From contig CP060765.1 of the NCBI GenBank assembly GCA_023205875.1, forward strand, positions 124,001 through 188,000: 64,000 bases of DNA. The letters run 5' to 3'. The DNA is from Chloropicon primus (Eukaryota). Below, piece after piece: positions 56,158-64,000 of the stretch; the first letter of the stretch is position 1; every line of letters starts with the position of its first letter. The position numbers and the translations under genes were made by a program. The notes below the pieces were generated by a model. It was not told the origin of the DNA and ran no database searches. It saw only the letters and a list, made by a program, of their open reading frames with translations.

Positions 56158-56952
56158 CCCTCCAAGCCAACCACGAGGCAGGCAGCACTCAAACGCCTAG
56201 GGGACCAAACCTCTTCCCCGAGTCCTCTCCTCACCAGGAGGCCTCTTCGTTCAAGCGACCACGCGTTCGAAAGAGGAGACAAAGAGGATTCCGAAAGTCT
56301 CCCTCTCTTCCTCCCTCCCGTCCCAACGCGCCCTCTCGTCGCCCTCGCCGGCTCTCTTCCTCCTCACACTCTCCTCCTCCCTCCTGGCGAGAAACTTTCT
56401 CTTCCGCGTCCTCCAATCCTCACCACGGCGCCGTTTCGTTCAAGCGACGGCTCTTTCGAAAGAGCAAGACACGACGCTTCCGCCTGTTGTCCAACCCCTC
56501 GTCCCAACGCCCGTCGCCGCCCGTCGTCTGCCGCCAAGTCAAGGGGTCTCTCCTTTCTCTCGCCAAACGGAGCAAAATTCTGATCCTCTTTCCCTCCAGC
56601 CAAATTTGAATCCTGAGAAAAAATTGTGATCAACATTAACGCGCGAGCACGAGCGCCTGACGTCCATCCAAGCTTAGCATGCATGCCATGGGGCTGGCTT
56701 CACGGATCGGCAATCCGCGACGTGTTGTCTCCCTCCCGGCTTGAGCTTTTCATCACGAAACTCAAAAACTTTATTACCAAAAAAAAGGAAGGAAAGCAAA
56801 GCCTTGGAAAGACAAGACCCACCTCGAGAGAGTCCAGTCGCTCTATTCGTTTTTTCTTTTTCTTTTATATCAATAAAACCCAAGCAAGCAGCACACGAAA
56901 GAGAGAGGCTTTCGACGACACGCTTTCGGGTGGTGTGCCCAGGTCTCACAGG

Positions 56953-59778
56953 TTACAAATTCGGAAGCCACTCCACCGTCCCTTCCGAGTTCAGACCCTG
57001 GGAGGGGTTCAAGTCCACCTCAAAGTCCTGGTCGACCTCTGGAAAGGAGTTGGCCCTCATGTGCTTTGGTATGTTCGCAGACGAAGGGTTTCTTGGCTTT
57101 CTGCCCCACCGCTCATCGTCGGTGCCCCTCTGGGGAGGTGGCCTGGGCTTGGGTGGCATCCCGGATGGGGTATTCCCGTTCGAGGCCTTGAAAGGGCTGT
57201 AGCTCCCGACCAAGGAACCGATCAAATCGGTTTGGTACAAGCTCGACCCGTAAGTGTTGTTCGAGCTCGCCGTGTTCGCGCTGTTACCCTGCTGGTGGCC
57301 TCCCCCGGTATTGTAAGCGCCGCTCCTGGTGTACATGTGGTGCTCCCTCCTCTGCGCGGCGGGGTTGGCGCTTCCCTGAGGTCTGGAGTCGGATGAACCC
57401 CCGTACGCCGGGTGCGAGTGCCTCCCCCTGTGCGACGTCATCCTCTCGTTAGACGGGCCCAACCCAGTGGTCGTCCTGTATTTCGTGCCGTTGCTCCCAA
57501 CCGCGTGTGCCTCTTGGTTCCTCTCATCACCGCTGTACCCAGCATCGTTCCTCTCTCTCGAGCCTTTTCTGAAGTTGATGTAAGCATCTCTTCCCTTTGG
57601 CAAGCCGTTCTTGTCGAGGCTTCTTCTTCCTCCCCTCACCTGGTAGGGCTGGCTCGAGTGGCTCGCGTGCTGGTGCGACTTGCCTTGGGAGTTCCTCCTG
57701 GGGGGGTACCGGGCCGGCTTGGTGTCCTGCCTGGGTACGACGACGACCTCTCCCCGAGAGCTTCCGGAGCCCGTGTCGGACTTCTTCCGAGTCGAGCTTG
57801 GAGCCAGGGCCTCCATCACCTCCGCCTTGAAGGACCCCGTGGTTGACCTCTTCCTCAGCCTGCTCTGCTGGGCGACCACAGGCATGAAATCCTCGTCAGA
57901 GGCCGAGGAGTCGCAGATGTTTGGCCGGTCCACTTGTGATTCAGCCTGCCTCTCCCTTTCCACCTTGGCCCTCACCGCCGCAATGGTGGCAGCAGTGCTG
58001 ATCGATTCCCCTTGATTCCTCTTTAGCTTCTCCTCCCTCTTCTGCGCGCTAGCCCTCTGCTTCGCCGCTTTGGCCCTCGCTCTCGCTTGGTCAGCCTCCT
58101 TCTTGGCCTTCTTCTTCTGGGACAGCAGGCTCCTGGCCCGCCTCACCACCGCTGGGTCGGCATTGCAGACCTCGCCCAGAGCATGTTCTAGCTTGCCAAT
58201 GTCCCCAGAAGTGATTGCCTCCCGAAGCAGCGCGGTGTCGGCTGAATTCTCCCTCCTCAGCTCCTTGTTCCACATGCCGTACTTTGCTACCCTCCTTTTC
58301 AGCGCTTTCCTGTTCTTCCAAAGCATCCAGGACCCAAAGTAGAATACAATCATGAAGAGCAAAGTGATCGGAACGATGGGGTCGTCCCCCTTGTGATCAG
58401 GCGACAAGTCCGTCGTGTCCTTCTGGAAGTACACCCGGTCCTCCTCCCTCCTGCGAAAGTGTTCCTTTGGGTTTTCCTCCACCCTTTTCCAATTCTCAAG
58501 CTCCGCCTCTTCGTACGCGTTTGGGTTGTTGCAAGGGCTGCTGCTGTGAAGAGGGTTCTCCTCGATCGCATTGTAACCAAAACTCTTGGTGAGAATATTC
58601 GCGATTCTCTTCTCGTTCACGCTGAGAGCCGGCAGCTTCACCTTGGCCGACTCTTCCGGACCTTCGATCTGCATGCCGTTCTCATCCACGTCGACGCACT
58701 GGACAGTCTTGGCGACGTCCTCAGAAAAGTAGGACTGGCACGCACCCGTCTCGCTCCTTGAGAAGCAAGGCCTGCCCAGCGACTCTGGCATCCTCCCCGC
58801 GTCGACCGTGAGCATCGAGGAGGACAGGAACGCCGACAGCTGGTGCAAGATGACGTTGGTCGACTGCTGCAAGACCTGGTTGCCCTTGCACTTGTCGAAC
58901 TCAGCGCTTCTGATGTCCTCGTCCACGTTGAAGATGAACCCAGACCCCACGGCTTCCATGATTTTCCTCTGGAAGTCAAAGTCGTTCTCGCACCCCGTGC
59001 AATCCAAACCCGCGTCTTGCACAATCTCCCTCAAGTGAGCGCTCGTCGCCATGGGGATGGTCTCCTCCAATGCGCCCAGTATGTCCAGGTGCAGGATGTT
59101 CGTGTACTCGTTCTCGTTGCTGTTCAAGTTGTCCAGAAAGAAGAGCTCGATGGCGGTGTCGAGCGCAAAGTGACTCTTCAAGAGCTGCCCAATGTTGTGG
59201 TTCTTGTACCCCTCCTCCAGGCAAGAAGCAGCGAGGAGCACGAAGGCGTCCGCAAGCTGCTGCCTTTGGTGCTTCAGAAAGGCGTCCGGATGAACCAGGC
59301 TCGTGTGCCACTTGTTTTGAACGCTCTCCGAACCGAAAGGGAAGAGCTGCAACACGATGGACTGGTCCAAAGACTTCTCCGCTTCTGCGTAGTTTGCTCC
59401 CCCGAACAACCTCTGGGACGCGCTGTGCAGCTTGGCAGCGCCCAGGAGGTTGGGCCAGTCTCTGCTCTGCTTCTCAGCCCAGAGCCTGAGAGGGTACAGC
59501 TCCCCCTTGCTCTTCTCCAACTTCAAGCAGTAGTCCGTCTTTGTGCCCTCCCCGAGCTCGCACGCATCCTGCGCGGCCAAGAGGTACGCGATGCGGGACA
59601 GCGTCCCGAGCTTCCACTGGTCGTGGAGGCCGTCCTTGGGTCCCTTGGCTCTGGGTCTCCCCGTCACCTTCACCTCACCGGTGCTCCCTTCCTCTGCCAC
59701 GCAACAGGAAGACGCGTGGAGCAGCAGGAGGACCAGGCTCGACAACGCAATTGTCGTGGAAGCCGCCTTTCTTCTCAT
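56953..59778 (-). CDS. Uncharacterised 941-aa type I membrane protein
   Basis: Signal peptide (IALSSLVLLLLHASSCCVA), Cys-containing lumenal region, TM IVPITLLFMIVFYFGSWMLW followed by basic residues, coiled coil and a disordered tail. Confidence 0.75.
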   Translation of the reverse strand: MRRKAASTTIALSSLVLLLLHASSCCVAEEGSTGEVKVTGRPRAKGPKDGLHDQWKLGTLSRIAYLLAAQDACELGEGTKTDYCLKLEKSKGELYPLRLWAEKQSRDWPNLLGAAKLHSASQRLFGGANYAEAEKSLDQSIVLQLFPFGSESVQNKWHTSLVHPDAFLKHQRQQLADAFVLLAASCLEEGYKNHNIGQLLKSHFALDTAIELFFLDNLNSNENEYTNILHLDILGALEETIPMATSAHLREIVQDAGLDCTGCENDFDFQRKIMEAVGSGFIFNVDEDIRSAEFDKCKGNQVLQQSTNVILHQLSAFLSSSMLTVDAGRMPESLGRPCFSRSETGACQSYFSEDVAKTVQCVDVDENGMQIEGPEESAKVKLPALSVNEKRIANILTKSFGYNAIEENPLHSSSPCNNPNAYEEAELENWKRVEENPKEHFRRREEDRVYFQKDTTDLSPDHKGDDPIVPITLLFMIVFYFGSWMLWKNRKALKRRVAKYGMWNKELRRENSADTALLREAITSGDIGKLEHALGEVCNADPAVVRRARSLLSQKKKAKKEADQARARAKAAKQRASAQKREEKLKRNQGESISTAATIAAVRAKVERERQAESQVDRPNICDSSASDEDFMPVVAQQSRLRKRSTTGSFKAEVMEALAPSSTRKKSDTGSGSSRGEVVVVPRQDTKPARYPPRRNSQGKSHQHASHSSQPYQVRGGRRSLDKNGLPKGRDAYINFRKGSRERNDAGYSGDERNQEAHAVGSNGTKYRTTTGLGPSNERMTSHRGRHSHPAYGGSSDSRPQGSANPAAQRREHHMYTRSGAYNTGGGHQQGNSANTASSNNTYGSSLYQTDLIGSLVGSYSPFKASNGNTPSGMPPKPRPPPQRGTDDERWGRKPRNPSSANIPKHMRANSFPEVDQDFEVDLNPSQGLNSEGTVEWLPNL

Positions 59779-60791
59779 CCTCCTCCTCTTAAGCGCTTCA
59801 ACCTTCCTCCCCGTCTGACTCGGCTGCCTCTGTTGGCACTACTCACACTGTTGCCACTCCCCTCTATCGGACTTGGGCTGCCTCGGTCGACCTCTGTCCC
59901 AAGCCTTCAAGCGTCTCTCCGTCACTCAATACCATCAAGGACAACTGACCTAGTCTGCACGACCCTTGCCTCCTCTCCACCATGTCCACAACCCTCAACC
60001 CTCCCGGCTCAAGGCACAAAACGCTTCAGACTTGCACCAAACCTTCTCCTGCTGGTGAAGGTCCAGAACGTCTCTCCGTCTCGCCAGGGAAGTCGGAGCG
60101 CACCCGTTGTTGCTCCGGGAAGGGAATCAAGTCCTCGTGAAGAGCAAGCCCACTGGGAGGTCACCACGTTTCCCCCCTGTCTCGTCCTCCTCTCGTCCTC
60201 AACTCCAGTCGTCCACACAACACCTGAGTAATGAGAAGTCCTTCTCGCCGACTATCAAGACAGGCCTGTCTCTCTCTCTCCCCTCCTCAGAGAACATTCC
60301 ACGAGTGAAGTCACACCCCAGAAACGCAACGGAGTAGTCCCGCCTTGGTGGGACCCTGGATGGGACCACGCTGTGTGACGTCTTGGATGGAACAGTGAGG
60401 AATATGAATCTTATTCTTATGGAATTACGAAATCCATGGGAACCTTCCTGCCATATTTTGTCCTTGAAAGGGAAGGATAGGATAGGATAGGATAGGAGAG
60501 GAGAGGAGAGCAACTTGTTCTGTTCTGTTTGTGGGAAAGTAACGTGATAGGGGAGAGCCAGAAAGATCCTCCTCCTCCTCCTCCTCCTCCTCCTCCTGTT
60601 GCTCCTTCTGCTCCTGCTCGTGATTCATGCGGAGAGGAGAGGAGAGAGAGAGAGATAGAGAGAGGAAGAATCGATGCCTTCCCTTGATCAACAGGAGGGA
60701 AGGGATCCACCACCACCACCATCACCACCATCGTCATCATCATCGTCACCATGGCCTGTACTCCTCCCTCCAGGACAACAACGCAGCCAAG

Positions 60792-60911
60792 GCCAACTGG
60801 TTTCACTTGAACAAGGAGGAGCGATCATGGTCGCCTGAACACGAGAAGAAAAGCCCTCGTGGACAACATGAAGAAGGTGAACAACATGATCCCAAAAGCA
60901 TCAAACCTTCG
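60792..60911 (+). pseudogene. Degenerate duplicated fragment of BBS2 coding sequence
   Basis: Collinear match to 15996-16119 (e.g. tttcacttgaacaagga, gccctcgtggac, tgaagaaggtgaacaacatgatcc, aaaagcatcaaaccttcg) with indels. Confidence 0.85.
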
Positions 60912-61298
60912 TGTCATGCATCAAACCTTCGTGTCATGCAGGACACGACACATCCTCCTCCTCCTCTCGAAGGCGAAAACTTCAAGAAGAATGAATGAAA
61001 AATATCCGTAGAGATAGAAAAAAGTGACACTGACGTGGCAGTCGGGGGCGGGGTTTCGACAGGGTTTAACTGCGACGGGGAGACGACCGGGGCAAGAGTT
61101 GTCGGAGTTGGGGACGGAGTACGAAGTGTCTGGTCGCGCTCTTTCGATTGAGCCGTCCCTCGAAGGATTTGGTCAAGGGAAACGGGAGAACGAGTCGGTT
61201 GACGGATCGAGGCACCAGGGTGACGGCGAGGGTGGCTCGAGCCTAGGGTGCAGAGAGCGGCGGCGCGAGGTCGGTGAAGGTGTCACGCTTGGGTGATC

Positions 61299-62024
61299 AT
61301 GGGGGTGAGGTCGTGCGCGAGGACGCTGGTAGGCGGCTCTCCTCGTTCGAGGAGATTCGTGGACGCCAGGAGGCCCAAGAGGTGCGTCCAGAGGTTTGGG
61401 AAGAAGACGTCTGGAGGAGGGGATTTCGTTGGAGCGAGTGCGAGCCATTCGTTTGACGATGTGGACGTCAGCGGGAGCTTCGATTGGTTCGACGACGAGG
61501 ACGACGTCGGGATAACATCCGCGAGGGAGGAGAGCAGGAAGAGGAGGGAGGAGGAGAGGGGGGTTGGGAAGGGGAAGGCTTCTTCTTCGCCGGCGAGGGC
61601 GGGGAGGCCGGGGGTGGACCAGGAGCTCACGCTTTCCCTCCTCCTGCCCTTCGGGGAGGGGGCCCTCCCGCCCAAGGGAAAGACTCGCACGAAGAAGGAC
61701 GAGGAGTGCGACCCTTGGACTCAGAACTGCAGGACGGAGCTCCACGTTTGGGAGAGCAAGTGCACCGCGTGCTACGGCACGGGGAAGGTGGTCACGGGCT
61801 CCAGGGGCCCCAGATCCAGGCGGAGGGCGAGGAGGTACGGCGCCGGGAGCGGAAGCATGAGGATGACGGCGACTTGCGTCAAGTGCCTGGGAACCGGCTA
61901 CGTCCGCCACTCCAGCGCGAGAACCATTCCCAACCCTTTCCCCAACGGGAACCCAAACGCGGAGAACATCGCGGCCGCACGCAAGTCCATGACGTTCGAG
62001 TCTGGCGAGTTCGAGAGCGAGTGA
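61299..62024 (+). CDS. DnaJ-type zinc-finger protein, probably plastid
   Basis: CTACYGTG and CVKCLGTG repeats (CxxCxGxG), no J domain, R/S-rich N-terminus. Confidence 0.75.
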   Translation: MGVRSCARTLVGGSPRSRRFVDARRPKRCVQRFGKKTSGGGDFVGASASHSFDDVDVSGSFDWFDDEDDVGITSAREESRKRREEERGVGKGKASSSPARAGRPGVDQELTLSLLLPFGEGALPPKGKTRTKKDEECDPWTQNCRTELHVWESKCTACYGTGKVVTGSRGPRSRRRARRYGAGSGSMRMTATCVKCLGTGYVRHSSARTIPNPFPNGNPNAENIAAARKSMTFESGEFESE

Positions 62025-62466
62025 AGCGGGAGGGATCCGAGCCCGGGACCCTTTCCCTCGCGGCGTTCGCCGTCAAGACTCACGCGCCCGAGCAGGCTTG
62101 CTTCCGGTGTGGCGGAGGTCAGCACCTGGTGTTCCTCCGCTTCTGGCCAAAGGCAATGGGCACTGTTCACGCATCATTCTTTATTCTTTACCCCTAGGTT
62201 TCGCAATGTTGTACACTTTGTTTCATGTAAAACTTACCGCTCACAAAACCGTCGAGCAAGCGCGAAGCCCCCCCCCCCCATCTCTCCTCTCTCTCTCTCT
62301 CCCGCGGGAGTGAAAGTGAGCAAGCGAGGGCTCTTTGGAAAGAGGAAGAAACAATGAACAATGCATCCCTCCGTCCCTCCCAATCCCTCCCAATCTCCCA
62401 ATCCTCCCTCCCTCCTGGTCTCCTCCTCCTCCTCTTCTCCTCCAGCAGCAGCAGCAGCTTCGCTTG

Positions 62467-63876
62467 ATGAGGAGGACAGGAGGAGACGACGTGGACGCGA
62501 TGGACCGCGGCGCCAGCGAGGGGGAGAGAAGCGAAGGCAAGGGCGACGGTCCCTTGAACCGTGCCCTCAATCGTCTCAAGGACGACGCCGCCTTCGACGA
62601 CGTTCTCTCCAACCCCAAAGCGTTCCGGTTCCAATGCAGCCTCAAGACCTGCAACGAGGACGAGCACAATCCTCGTGGGATGATGCGTTACGTGTATCGG
62701 TCCGATGAGGAGTACTTCTATCCGGCGAGCACAATCAAGGTGTGCGTAGCCGTCGCGGCGCTTCACGTCCTCCGCCGCGTGGTTTTCTCTTCGCCAGGAG
62801 GTCTCCTCGGCCAGAGCTTCGGCATCACGACGCCACTCATCTTCCATTACCGAAGGAGGATGGAGGAAGGGAACTCGAGGGAGAAAGACATGGTCTGCAC
62901 GATAGGGACGGATTCGACGAACAAGTCACAATGTCGGATCACCCTGGGTCACTTGATTCGTAACGTCTTCCTCGTGTCGAGTAACGGCGCGTTTAACCTG
63001 CTGCTCGACTTTGTGGGAAGGAAGACTCTGCAAAAGTTTCTGTCAAGCAAGTTGGGCTTCCGCCACTTTAGGATCGAGCACTACCTACAGGACTCTGGCT
63101 TTGGTCCCCAGCCAGGTGTGGTGGACGGTCTGCTTGGGGTGGAGGCGACAATGGCGACTGGTCTCGTGGTTGGGCTGCGGTGCGGGGACGCCTTTTGCGA
63201 TGGGATCGACTGCAGAGGCAACGCTTCTTCGCAGTTGGAGGGGGTCGTGGCCCCTCTGTTCGAGGATTGCTTGGTAGGGACCAGGCATGTGAGCACGGCG
63301 GGGGATTGGGATCGCGCTGCGGGGGATCGGGACGACGGGGGGAGGATCGTTCACGACGGTCCCAAGGACTTTAGGGGGAAGAATCAAGCGAGCTTAACAG
63401 AACTGCAGGACTTTCTTTCGCTTGTGGTTCGGCCCGATTTGCACGGCGCAGGGTCAGCCTCGGGTGAGATGCTGTCCTTCCCGGACAGGCTTTGGCTGAT
63501 GGAAGCGATGGCGAAGGGGACGACGGATTCCTTCAACCCCGAGTACCTCGAAGGGGGCGACGGAGAATACTTTTACGAGTGGAACAAATTCTTCCTCCCC
63601 GGTGTGAAGAAGGCGAGGGACTCGAGGGCGTTCAGAATCTACAACAAACTCGGGCAGGCATACGGCTTCAGCCTCGACAACGCTTACGTGTTCGACGTGG
63701 AGACAGGGAAATCCTTCTTCCTCGCAGCGTGCATTTACACGAATGCGAACGGAGTGCTCAACGACGGCGAGGGAAACTACGAGTACGAGCAGATCGCCCA
63801 CCCTTTCCTGGCCAGCCTAGCCGAAGCTTGCTGCCTGGAGCTCGGATTTGTAAACCACGATTCGTCTACGCACTAG
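62467..63876 (+). CDS. Serine hydrolase of the beta-lactamase/transpeptidase fold
   Basis: YFYPASTIK (SxxK), FLVSSNGAFN (SxN) and IYNKLGQAYG (KxG). Start codon uncertain. Confidence 0.75.
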   Translation: MRRTGGDDVDAMDRGASEGERSEGKGDGPLNRALNRLKDDAAFDDVLSNPKAFRFQCSLKTCNEDEHNPRGMMRYVYRSDEEYFYPASTIKVCVAVAALHVLRRVVFSSPGGLLGQSFGITTPLIFHYRRRMEEGNSREKDMVCTIGTDSTNKSQCRITLGHLIRNVFLVSSNGAFNLLLDFVGRKTLQKFLSSKLGFRHFRIEHYLQDSGFGPQPGVVDGLLGVEATMATGLVVGLRCGDAFCDGIDCRGNASSQLEGVVAPLFEDCLVGTRHVSTAGDWDRAAGDRDDGGRIVHDGPKDFRGKNQASLTELQDFLSLVVRPDLHGAGSASGEMLSFPDRLWLMEAMAKGTTDSFNPEYLEGGDGEYFYEWNKFFLPGVKKARDSRAFRIYNKLGQAYGFSLDNAYVFDVETGKSFFLAACIYTNANGVLNDGEGNYEYEQIAHPFLASLAEACCLELGFVNHDSSTH

Positions 63877-64000
63877 ATCTCTCGTGGCATTGCATCACGT
63901 CCCATTCCATCACGCCCTCCATCGTCCATCCTCCTATCCATCCATCACCGCCTTTCTCCTCCTCCATCGTAAATCAAGTGAGGGCTGATTGGAAAGAGCA

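Overview
Eukaryotic nuclear DNA from a compact, GC-rich, intron-poor green alga. Evidence: Tic110, LCYE, CPX1, plastid EF-P, green-type beta-tubulin, TGTAA poly(A) signals and short GT-AG introns. A Chloropicon-like picoprasinophyte is my inference. About 28 protein-coding genes are tightly packed on both strands. I recognised no rRNA, tRNA, CRISPR array or transposase. Main observations: (1) an unannotated ~23-bp bipartite motif (TCRAGYGAGG-N7-SGAAAG) occurs in most promoter-bearing intergenic regions. It points toward the promoter centre and repeats at 177-191 bp, a nucleosome-like spacing. (2) A complete voltage-sensing phosphatase (VSD+PTEN+C2), a family known mainly from animals. (3) A probable MTBP/Sld7 replication-initiation factor. 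(4) A WW domain inserted into LPA3. (5) MPS1 with an N-terminal TPR domain and a C-terminal polyproline/WH2-like tail. (6) A decayed copy of BBS2 coding sequence 45 kb from the gene. (7) An interstitial (TTTTAGG)n tract. (8) A bacterial-type serine beta-lactamase-fold gene. Family assignments come from motif recognition by eye, not from database searches.
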